From assembly GCA_965649825.1 (NCBI GenBank), contig OZ287696.1, positions 2,047,724-2,111,723 of the forward strand: 64,000 bases of DNA. Direction: 5' to 3'. Below the pieces are notes generated by a model that had not been told where the DNA came from, did not search any database, and saw nothing but the letters and a program-made list of their open reading frames with translations. Shown here in pieces: positions 1-12,000 of this stretch. Numbering within the stretch: position 1 is the first letter of the stretch; each line of letters opens with the position of its first letter. This DNA comes from Penicillus capitatus. Its lineage: Eukaryota; Plantae; Chlorophyta. The position numbers and the translations under genes were made by a program.

Positions 1-3000
1 CTTCGCTTGATTCTCTCGCCACGGGGGCGTGTGGCACCACGGTGCCAACGCGCAGGGTCGCTCGGACGGGGCGTTCGCCGCCGTCTTGGTGGTCGAGGAT
101 GTAGTCCCATTTTTCGGGGTCGCGTTCGGCGCACCACCACCGAGCCCCCGGAGTTCGGCATTCTTTGAACAAGGGCGTAGGGATGTACCTAACTAGCGTG
201 CAGGAACACTCACCCGAGACATTGGACGCCGGTGTGGTGCGCAAGGTGTCTCGTAAAAACACAAGTGTAACCGAGCCGCGGGTCCGGATCACCACGATCT
301 AGCCGGCTTCGCTGGATTCTCTCGCCACGGGGGCGTGTGGCACCACGGTGCCAACGTGCAGGGTCGCTCGGACGGGGCGTTCGCCGCCGTCTTGGTGGTC
401 GAGGATGAAGTCCCATTTTTCGTGGTCGCGATCGGCGCACCACCACCGAGCCCCCGGAGTGCGGCTATCTTTGTACAAGGGCGTAGGGATGTACCTAACT
501 AGCGTGCAGGAACACTCAGACGTGTCATTGGACGCCGTTGCCGTGCGCAAGGGGTCTCGGAAAAATCCAACCGTAACCGAGCCGCGGGTCCGGATCACCA
601 CGATCTAGCCGGCTTCGCTGGATTCTCTCGCCACGGGGGCGTGTGGCACCACGGTGCCAACGTGCAGGGTCGCTCGGACGGGGCGTTCGCCGCCGTCTTG
701 GTGGTCGAGGATGAAGTCCCATTTTTCGGGGTCGCGATCGGCGCACCACCACCGAGCGGCCAGAGTGCGGCCATCTTTGCCCAAGGTGGTGGGGATGTAC
801 CTAACTAGCATGCAGGAACACTCACACGAGACATTGGACGCCGGTGTGGTGCGCAAGGTGTCTCGTAAAAACACAAGTGTAACCGAGCCGCGGGTCCGGA
901 TCACCACGATCTGGCCGGCTTCGCTTGATTCTCTCGCCACGGGGGCGTGTGGCACCACGGTGCCAACGTGCAGGGTCGCTCGGACGGGGCGTTCGCCGCC
1001 GTCTTGGTGGTCTAGGATGAAGTCCCATTTTCAAGGGTCGCGATCGGCGCACCACCACCGAGCCCCCGGAGTGCGGCTATCTTTGTACAAGGGCGTAGGG
1101 ATGTACCTAACTAGCGTGCAGGAACACTCAGACGTGTCATTGGACGCCGTTGCCGTGCGCAAGGGGTCTCGGAAAAATCCAACCGTAACCGAGCCGCGGG
1201 TCCGGATCACCACGATCTAGCCGGCTTCGCTTGATTCTCTCGCCACGGGGGCGTGTGGCACCACGGTGCCAACGTGCAGGGTCGCTCGGACGGGGCGTTC
1301 GCCGCCGTCTTGGTGGTCGAGGATGAAGTCCCATTTTCAAGGGTCGCGATCGGCGCACCACCACCGAGCCCCCGGAGTGCGGCTATCTTTGTACAAGGGC
1401 GAAGTAATGTACCTAACTAGCATGCAGGAACACTCACCCGAGACATTGGACGCCGGTGTGGTGCGCAAGGGGTCTCGAAAAAACACAAGTGTAACCGAGC
1501 CGCGGGTCCGGATCACCACGATCTAGCCGGCTTCGCTTGATTCTCTCGCCACGGGGGCGTGTGGCACCACGGTGCCAACGTGCAGGGTCGCTCGGACGGG
1601 GCGTTCGCCGCCGTCTTGGTGGTCGAGGATGAAGTCCCATTTTTCGGGGTCGCGATCGGCGCACCACCACCGAGCCCCCGGAGTGCGGCTATCTTTGTAC
1701 AAGGGCGTAGGGATGTACCTAACTAGCGTGCAGGAACACTCAAACGAGACATTGGACGCCGTTGCCGTGCGCAAGGTGTCTCGGAAAAACACAAGTGTAA
1801 CCGAGCCGCGGGGTCATATCACCACGATCTAGCCGGCTTCGCTGGATTCTCTCGCCACGGGGGCGTGTGGCACCACGGTGCCAACGCGCAGGGTCGCTCG
1901 GACGGGGCGTTCGCCGCCGTCTTGGTGGTCGAGGATGAAGTCCCATTTTCAAGGGTCGCGATCGGCGCACCACCACCGAGCCCCCGGAGTGCGGCTATCT
2001 TTGTACAAGGGCGAAGTAATGTACCTAACTAGCATGCAGGAACACTCACCCGAGACATTGGACGCCGGTGGGGTGCGCAAGGGGTCTCGAAAAAACACAA
2101 GTGTAACCGAGCCGCGGGTCCGGATCACCACGATCTAGCCGGCTTCGCTTGATTCTCTCGCCACGGGGGCGTGTGGCACCACGGTGCCAACGTGCAGGGT
2201 CGCTCGGACGGGGCGTTCGCCGCCGTCTTGGTGGTCGAGGATGAAGTCCCATTTTTCGTGGTCGCGATCGGCGCACCACCACCGAGCCCCCGGAGTGCGG
2301 CTATCTTTGTACAAGGGCGTAGGGATGTACCTAACTAGCGTGCAGGAACACTCAGACGTGTCATTGGACGCCGTTGCCGTGCGCAAGGGGTCTCGGAAAA
2401 ATCCAACCGTAACCGAGCCGCGGGTCCGGATCACCACGATCTAGCCGGCTTCGCTGGATTCTCTCGCCACGGGGGCGTGTGGCACCACGGTGCCAACGTG
2501 CAGGGTCGCTCGGACGGGGCGTTCGCCGCCGTCTTGGTGGTCGAGGATGAAGTCCCATTTTTCGGGGTCGCGATCGGCGCACCACCACCGAGCGGCCAGA
2601 GTGCGGCCATCTTTGCCCAAGGTGGTGGGGATGTACCTAACTAGCATGCAGGAACACTCACACGAGACATTGGACGCCGGTGTGGTGCGCAAGGTGTCTC
2701 GTAAAAACACAAGTGTAACCGAGCCGCGGGTCCGGATCACCACGATCTAGCCGGCTTCGCTGGATTCTCTCGCCACGGGGGCGTGTGGCACCACGGTGCC
2801 AACGTGCAGGGTCGCTCGGACGGGGCGTTCGCCGCCGTCATGGTGGACGAGGATGAAGTCCCATTTTTCGGGGTCGCGATCGGCGCACCACCACCGAGCC
2901 CCCGGAGTGCGGCTATCTTTGTACAAGGGCGTAGGGATGTACCTAACTAGCGTGCAGGAACACTCAGACGAGACATTGGACGCCGGTGTGGTGCGCAAGG

Positions 3001-6000
3001 TGTCTCGTAAAAACTCAAGTGTAACCGAGCCGCGGGGTCATATCACCACGATCTAGCCGGCTTCGCTGGATTCTCTCGCCACGGGGGCGTGTGGCACCAC
3101 GGTGCCAACGCGCAGGGTCGCTCGGACGGGGCGTTCGCCGCCGTCTTGGTGGTCGAGGATGAAGTCCCATTTTTCGGGGTCGCGATCGGCGCACCACCAC
3201 CGAGCCCCCGGAGTTCGGCTTTCTTTGTACAAGGGCGTAGGGACGTACCTAACTAGCGTGCAGGAACACTCAGACGTGTCATTGGACGCCGTTGCCGTGC
3301 GCAAGGGGTCTCGAAAAAACACAAGTGTAACCGAGCCGCGGGTCCGGATCACCACGATCTAGCCGGCTTCGCTGGATTCTCTCGCCACGGGGGCGTGTGG
3401 CGCCACGGTGCCAACGTGCAGGGTCGCTCGGACGGGGCGTTCGCCGCCGTCTTGGTGGTCGAGGATGAAGTCCCATTTTTCGGGGTCGCGATCGGCGCAC
3501 CACCACCGAGCCCCCGAGTTCGGCTATCTTTGTACAAGGGCGTAGGGATGTACCTAACTAGCATGCAGGAACACGCACCCGAGACATTGGACGCCGTTGC
3601 CGTGCGCAAGGGGTCTCGGAAAAACACAAGCGTAACCGAGCCGCGGGTCCGGATCACCACTATCTAGCCGGCTTCGCTGGATTCTCTCGCCACGGGGGCG
3701 TGTGGCGCCACGGTGCCAACGTGCAGGGTCGCTCGGACGGGGCGTTCGCCGCCGTCTTGGTGGTCGAGGATGAAGTCCCATTTTTCGGGGTCGCGTTCGG
3801 CGCACCACCACCGAGCCCCCGGAGTGCGGCTATCTTTGTACAAGGGCGTAGGGATGTACCTAACTAGCATGCAGGAACACGCACCCGAGACATTGGACGC
3901 CGTTGCCGTGCGCAAGGGGTCTCGGAAAAATCCAACCGTAACCGAGCCGCGGGTCCGGATCACCACGATCTAGCCGGCTTCGCTGGATTCTCTCGCCACG
4001 GGGGCGTGTGGCGCCACGGTGCCAACGTGCAGGGTCGCTCGGACGGGGCGTTCGCCGCCGTCTTGGTGGTCGAGGATGGAGTCCCATTTTTCGGGGTCGC
4101 GATCGGCGCACCACCACCGAGCCCCCGAGTTCGGCTATCTTTGTACAAGGGCGTAGGGATGTACCTAACTAGCATGCAGGAACACGCACCCGAGACATTG
4201 GACGCCGTTGCCGTGCGCAAGGGGTCTCGGAAAAACACAAGCGTAACCGAGCCGCGGGTCCGGATCACCACTATCTAGCCGGCTTCGCTGGATTCTCTCG
4301 CCACGGGGGCGTGTGGCGCCACGGTGCCAACGTGCAGGGTCGCTCGGACGGGGCGTTCGCCGCCGTCTTGGTGGTCGAGGATGAAGTCCCATTTTTCGGG
4401 GTCGCGTTCGGCGCACCACCACCGAGCCCCCGGAGTGCGGCTATCTTTGTACAAGGGCGTAGGGATGTACCTAACTAGCATGCAGGAACACGCACCCGAG
4501 ACATTGGACGCCGTTGCCGTGCGCAAGGGGTCTCGGAAAAATCCAACCGTAACCGAGCCGCGGGTCCGGATCACCACGATCTAGCCGGCTTCGCTGGATT
4601 CTCTCGCCACGGGGGCGTGTGGCGCCACGGTGCCAACGTGCAGGGTCGCTCGGACGGGGCGTTCGCCGCCGTCTTGGTGGTCGAGGATGGAGTCCCATTT
4701 TTCGGGGTCGCGATCGGCGCACCACCACCGAGCCCCCGGAGTGCGGCTATCTTTGTACAAGGGCGTAGGGATGTACCTAACTAGCATGCAGGAACACGCA
4801 CCCGAGACATTGGACGCCGTTGCCGTGCGCAAGGTGTCTCGGAAAAACACAAGTGTAACCGAGCCGCGGGGTCATATCACCACGATCTAGCCGGCTTCGC
4901 TGGATTCTCTCGCCACGGGGGCGTGTGGCGCCACGGTGCCAACGTGCAGGGTCGCTCGGACGGGGCGTTCGCCGCCGTCTTGGTGGTCGAGGATGGAGTC
5001 CCATTTTTCGGGGTCGCGTTCGGCGCACCACCACCGAGCCCCCGGAGTGCGGCTATCTTTGTACAAGGGCGTAGGGATGTACCTAACTAGCATGCAGGAA
5101 CACGCACCCGAGACATTGGACGCCGTTGCCGTGCGCAAGGGGTCTCGGAAAAACACAAGCGTAACCGAGCCGCGGGTCCGGATCACCACGATCTAGCCGG
5201 CTTCGCTGGATTCTCTCGCCACGGGGGCGTGTGGCGCCACGGTGCCAACGTGCAGGGTCGCTCGGACGGGGCGTTCGCCGCCGTCTTGGTGGTCGAGGAT
5301 GGAGTCCCATTTTTCGGGGTCGCGATCGGCGCACCACCACCGAGCCCCCGGAGTTCGGCTTTCTTTGTACAAGGGCGTAGAGATGTACCTAACTAGCATG
5401 CAGGAACACGCACCCGAGACATTGGACGCCGTTGCCGTGCGCAAGGTGTCTCTAAAAAATCCAACCGTAACCGAGCCGCGGGTCCGGATCACCACGATCT
5501 AGCCGGCTTCGCTGGATTCTCTCGCCACGGGGGCGTGTGGCGCCACGGTGCCAACGTGCAGGGTCGCTCGGACGGGGCGTTCGCCGCCGTCTTGGTGGTC
5601 GAGGATGAAGTCCCATTTTTCGGGGTCGCGTTCGGCGCACCACCACCGAGCCCCCGGAGTGCGGCTATCTTTGTACAAGGGCGTAGGGATGTACCTAACT
5701 AGCATGCAGGAACACGCACCCGAGACATTGGACGCCGTTGCCGTGCGCAAGGGGTCTCTAAAAAATCCAACCGTAACCGAGCCGCGGGTCCGGATCACCA
5801 CGATCTAGCCGGCTTCGCTGGAGTCTCTCGCCACGGGGGCGTGTGGCGCCACGGTGCCAACGTGCAGGGTCGCTCGGACGGGGCGTTCGCCGCCGTCTTG
5901 GTGGTCGAGGATGGAGTCCCATTTTTCGGGGTCGCGATCGGCGCACCACCACCGAGCCCCCGGAGTGCGGCTATCTCTGTACAAGGGCGTAGGGATGTAC

Positions 6001-9000
6001 CTAACTAGCATGCAGGAACACTCACACGAGACGATGGACGCCGGTGGGGTGCGCAAGGTGTCTCGGAAAAACACAAGTGTAACCGAGCCGCGGGTCCGGA
6101 TCACCACGATCTAGCCGGCTTCGCTTGATCCTCTCGCCACGGGGGCGTGTGGCACCACGGTGCCAACGTGCAGGGTCGCTCGGACGGGGCGTTCGCCGCC
6201 GTCTTGGTAGTCGAGAATGAAGTCCCATTTTCAAGGGTCGCGATCGGCGCACCACCACCGAGCCCCCGGAGTGCGGCTATCTTTGTACAAGGGCGTAGGG
6301 ATGTACCTAACTAGCATGCAGGAACACGCACCCGAGACATTGGACGCCGTTGCCGTGCGCAAGGTGTCTCGGAAAAACACAAGTGTAACCGAGCCGCGGG
6401 GTCATATCACCACGATCTAGCCTGCTTCGCTGGATACTCTCGCCACGGGGGCGTGTGGCGCCACGGTGCCAACGTGCAGGGTCGCTCGGACGGGGCGTTC
6501 GCCGCCGTCTTGGTGGTCGAGGATGAAGTCCCATTTTCAAGGGTCGCGATCGGCGCACCACCACCGAGCCCCCGGAGTGCGGCTATCTTTGTACAAGGGC
6601 GTAGGGATGTACCTAACTAGCATGCAGGAACACGCACCCGAGACATTGGACGCCGTTGCCGTGCGCAAGGGGTCTCGGAAAAACACAAGCGTAACCGAGC
6701 CGCGGGTCCGGATCACCACGATCTAGCCGGCTTCGCTGGATTCTCTCGCCACGGGGGCGTGTGGCGCCACGGTGCCAACGTGCAGGGTCGCTCGGACGGG
6801 GCGTTCGCCGCCGTCTTGGTGGTCGAGGATGGAGTCCCATTTTTCGGGGTCGCGATCGGCGCACCACCACCGAGCCCCCGGAGTTCGGCTTTCTTTGTAC
6901 AAGGGCGTAGAGATGTACCTAACTAGCATGCAGGAACACGCACCCGAGACATTGGACGCCGTTGCCGTGCGCAAGGGGTCTCGGAAAAACACAAGCGTAA
7001 CCGAGCCGCGGGTCCGGATCACCACGATCTAGCCGGCTTCGCTGGATTCTCTCGCCACGGGGGCGTGTGGCGCCACGGTGCCAACGTGCAGGGTCGCTCG
7101 GACGGGGCGTTCGCCGCCGTCTTGGTGGTCGAGGATGAAGTCCCATTTTTCGGGGTCGCGTTCGGCGCACCACCACCGAGCCCCCGGAGTGCGGCTATCT
7201 TTGTACAAGGGCGTAGGGATGTACCTAACTAGCATGCAGGAACACGCACCCGAGACATTGGACGCCGTTGCCGTGCGCAAGGGGTCTCTAAAAAATCCAA
7301 CCGTAACCGAGCCGCGGGTCCGGATCACCACGATCTAGCCGGCTTCGCTGGAGTCTCTCGCCACGGGGGCGTGTGGCGCCACGGTGCCAACGTGCAGGGT
7401 CGCTCGGACGGGGCGTTCGCCGCCGTCTTGGTGGTCGAGGATGGAGTCCCATTTTTCGGGGTCGCGATCGGCGCACCACCACCGAGCCCCCGGAGTGCGG
7501 CTATCTCTGTACAAGGGCGTAGGGATGTACCTAACTAGCATGCAGGAACACTCACACGAGACGATGGACGCCGTTGCCGTGCGCAAGGTGTCTCGGAAAA
7601 ACACAAGTGTAACCGAGCCGCGGGGTCATATCACCACGATCTAGCCTGCTTCGCTGGATACTCTCGCCACGGGGGCGTGTGGCGCCACGGTGCCAACGTG
7701 CAGGGTCGCTCGGACGGGGCGTTCGCCGCCGTCTTGGTGGTCGAGGATGAAGTCCCATTTTCAAGGGTCGCGATCGGCACACCACCACCGAGCCCCCGGA
7801 GTGCGGCTATCTTTGTACAAGGGCGTAGGGATGTACCTAACTAGCATGCAGGAACACTCACCCGAGACATTGGACGCCGTTGCCGTGCGCAAGGTGTCTC
7901 GGAAAAACACAAGCGTAACCGAGCCGCGGGTCCGGATCACCACGATCTAGCCGGCTTCGCTGGATTCTCTCGCCACGGGGGCGTGTGGCGCCACGGTGCC
8001 AACGTGCAGGGTCGCTCGGACGGGGCGTTCGCCGCCGTCTTGGTGGTCGAGGATGGAGTCCCATTTTTCGGGGTCGCGATCGGCGCACCACCACCGAGCC
8101 CCCGGAGTTCGGCTTTCTTTGTACAAGGGCGTAGAGATGTACCTAACTAGCATGCAGGAACACGCACCCGAGACATTGGACGCCGTTGCCGTGCGCAAGG
8201 TGTCTCTAAAAAATCCAACCGTAACCGAGCCGCGGGTCCGGATCACCACGATCTAGCCGGCTTCGCTGGATTCTCTCGCCACGGGGGCGTGTGGCGCCAC
8301 GGTGCCAACGTGCAGGGTCGCTCGGACGGGGCGTTCGCCGCCGTCTTGGTGGTCGAGGATGAAGTCCCATTTTTCGGGGTCGCGTTCGGCGCACCACCAC
8401 CGAGCCCCCGGAGTGCGGCTATCTTTGTACAAGGGCGTAGGGATGTACCTAACTAGCATGCAGGAACACGCACCCGAGACATTGGACGCCGTTGCCGTGC
8501 GCAAGGGGTCTCTAAAAAATCCAACCGTAACCGAGCCGCGGGTCCGGATCACCACGATCTAGCCGGCTTCGCTGGAGTCTCTCGCCACGGGGGCGTGTGG
8601 CGCCACGGTGCCAACGTGCAGGGTCGCTCGGACGGGCCGTTCGCCGCCGTCTTGGTCGTCGAGAATGAAGTCCCATTTTCAAGGGTCGCGATCGGCGCAC
8701 CACCACCGAGCCCCCGGAGTGCGGCTATCTTTGTACAAGGGCGTAGGGATGTACCTAACTAGCATGCAGGAACACGCACCCGAGACATTGGACGCCGTTG
8801 CCGTGCGCAAGGTGTCTCGGAAAAACACAAGCGTAACCGAGCCGCGGGTCCGGATCACCACTATCTAGCCGGCTTCGCTGGATTCTCTCGCCACGGGGGC
8901 GTGTGGCGCCACGGTGCCAACGTGCAGGGTCGCTCGGACGGGGCGTTCGCCGCCGTCTTGGTGGTCGAGGATGGAGTCCCATTTTTCGGGGTCGCGTTCG

Positions 9001-12000
9001 GCGCACCACCACCGAGCCCCCGGAGTGCGGCTATCTTTGTACAAGGGCGTAGGGATGTACCTAACTAGCATGCAGGAACACGCACCCGAGACATTGGACG
9101 CCGTTGCCGTGCGCAAGGGGTCTCGGAAAAACACAAGCGTAACCGAGCCGCGGGTCCGGATCACCACGATCTAGCCGGCTTCGCTGGATTCTCTCGCCAC
9201 GGGGGCGTGTGGCGCCACGGTGCCAACGTGCAGGGTCGCTCGGACGGGGCGTTCGCCGCCGTCTTGGTGGTCGAGGATGGAGTCCCATTTTTCGGGGTCG
9301 CGATCGGCGCACCACCACCGAGCCCCCGAGTTCGGCTATCTTTGTACAAGGGCGTAGGGATGTACCTAACTAGCATGCAGGAACACGCACCCGAGACATT
9401 GGACGCCGTTGCCGTGCGCAAGGGGTCTCGGAAAAACACAAGCGTAACCGAGCCGCGGGTCCGGATCACCACTATCTAGCCGGCTTCGCTGGATTCTCTC
9501 GCCACGGGGGCGTGTGGCGCCACGGTGCCAACGTGCAGGGTCGCTCGGACGGGGCGTTCGCCGCCGTCTTGGTGGTCGAGGATGAAGTCCCATTTTTCGG
9601 GGTCGCGTTCGGCGCACCACCACCGAGCCCCCGGAGTGCGGCTATCTTTGTACAAGGGCGTAGGGATGTACCTAACTAGCATGCAGGAACACGCACCCGA
9701 GACATTGGACGCCGTTGCCGTGCGCAAGGGGTCTCGGAAAAATCCAACCGTAACCGAGCCGCGGGTCCGGATCACCACGATCTAGCCGGCTTCGCTGGAG
9801 TCTCTCGCCACGGGGGCGTGTGGCGCCACGGTGCCAACGTGCAGGGTCGCTCGGACGGGGCGTTCGCCGCCGTCTTGGTGGTCGAGGATGGAGTCCCATT
9901 TTTCGGGGTCGCGATCGGCGCACCACCACCGAGCCCCCGGAGTGCGGCTATCTCTGTACAAGGGCGTAGGGATGTACCTAACTAGCATGCAGGAACACGC
10001 ACCCGAGACATTGGACGCCGTTGCCGTGCGCAAGGTGTCTCGGAAAAACACAAGCGTAACCGAGCCGCGGGTCCGGATCACCACGATCTAGCCGGCTTCG
10101 CTGGATTCTCTCGCCACGGGGGCGTGTGGCGCCACGGTGCCAACGTGCAGGGTCGCTCGGACGGGGCGTTCGCCGCCGTCTTGGTGGTCGAGGATGGAGT
10201 CCCATTTTTCGGGGTCGCGATCGGCGCACCACCACCGAGCCCCCGGAGTGCGGCTATCTCTGTACAAGGGCGTAGGGATGTACCTAACTAGCATGCAGGA
10301 ACACGCACCCGAGACATTGGACGCCGTTGCCGTGCGCAAGGTGTCTCGGAAAAACACAAGCGTAACCGAGCCGCGGGTCCGGATCACCACGATCTAGCCG
10401 GCTTCGCTGGATTCTCTCGCCACGGGGGCGTGTGGCGCCACGGTGCCAACGTGCAGGGTCGCTCGGACGGGGCGTTCGCCGCCGTCTTGGTGGTCGAGGA
10501 TGAAGTCCCATTTTTCGGGGTCGCGATCGGCGCACCACCACCGAGCCCCCGGAGTGCGGCTATCTTTGTACAAGGGCGTAGGGATGTACCTAACTAGCAT
10601 GCAGGAACACGCACCCGAGACATTGGACGCCGTTGCCGTGCGCAAGGGGTCTCGGAAAAATCCAACCGTAACCGAGCCGCGGGTCCGGATCACCACGATC
10701 TAGCCGGCTTCGCTGGAGTCTCTCGCCACGGGGGCGTGTGGCGCCACGGTGCCAACGTGCAGGGTCGCTCGGACGGGGCGTTCGCCGCCGTCTTGGTGGT
10801 CGAGGATGGAGTCCCATTTTTCGGGGTCGCGATCGGCGCACCACCACCGAGCCCCCGGAGTTCGGCTTTCTTTGTACAAGGGCGTAGGGATGTACCTAAC
10901 TAGCATGCAGGAACACGCACCCGAGACATTGGACGCCGTTGCCGTGCGCAAGGTGTCTCGGAAAAATCCAACCGTAACCGAGCCGCGGGTCCGGATCACC
11001 ACGATCTAGCCGGCTTCGCTGGATTCTCTCGCCACGGGGGCGTGTGGCGCCACGGTGCCAACGTGCAGGGTCGCTCGGACGGGCCGTTCGCCGCCGTCTT
11101 GGTGGTCGAGGATGGAGTCCCATTTTCAAGGGTCGCGATCGGCGCACCACCACCGAGCCCCCGGAGTGCGGCTATCTTTGTACAAGGGCGTAGGGATGTA
11201 CCTAACTAGCATGCAGGAACACGCACCCGAGACATTGGACGCCGTTGCCGTGCGCAAGGTGTCTCGGAAAAACACAAGTGTAACCGAGCCGCGGGGTCAT
11301 ATCACCACGATCTAGCCGGCTTCGCTGGATTCTCTCGCCACGGGGGCGTGTGGCGCCACGGTGCCAACGTGCAGGGTCGCTCGGACGGGGCGTTCGCCGC
11401 CGTCTTGGTGGTCGAGGATGGAGTCCCATTTTTCGGGGTCGCGTTCGGCGCACCACCACCGAGCCCCCGGAGTGCGGCTATCTTTGTACAAGGGCGTAGG
11501 GATGTACCTAACTAGCATGCAGGAACACGCACCCGAGACATTGGACGCCGTTGCCGTGCGCAAGGGGTCTCTAAAAAATCCAACCGTAACCGAGCCGCGG
11601 GTCCGGATCACCACGATCTAGCCGGCTTCGCTGGATTCTCTCGCCACGGGGGCGTGTGGCGCCACGGTGCCAACGTGCAGGGTCGCTCGGACGGGGCGTT
11701 CGCCGCCGTCTTGGTGGTCGAGGATGGAGTCCCATTTTTCGGGGTCGCGTTCGGCGCACCACCACCGAGCCCCCGGAGTGCGGCTATCTTTGTACAAGGG
11801 CGTAGGGATGTACCTAACTAGCATGCAGGAACACGCACCCGAGACATTGGACGCCGTTGCCGTGCGCAAGGGGTCTCGGAAAAACACAAGCGTAACCGAG
11901 CCGCGGGTCCGGATCACCACGATCTAGCCGGCTTCGCTGGATTCTCTCGCCACGGGGGCGTGTGGCGCCACGGTGCCAACGTGCAGGGTCGCTCGGACGG

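Noticed and set aside
330-420. Repeat as a 5S/tRNA/snRNA gene array (weak A-box-like TGGCACCACGG, B-box-like GTTCGCCGCC, then TTTTT)
   Set aside because: No cloverleaf or acceptor-stem pairing, no 5S similarity, and only a 9-nt match to U6. The box matches are poor. Small-RNA data would settle it.
411-505. Repeat as a spliced-leader RNA array (Sm-like ATTTTTCGG; AG/GTACAT on the minus strand), which might explain the tiny gene spacers
   Set aside because: The two motifs are on opposite strands, the Sm-like site is disrupted in many units, and SL trans-splicing is not established in green algae. A shared non-genomic mRNA leader matching the monomer would revive the idea.
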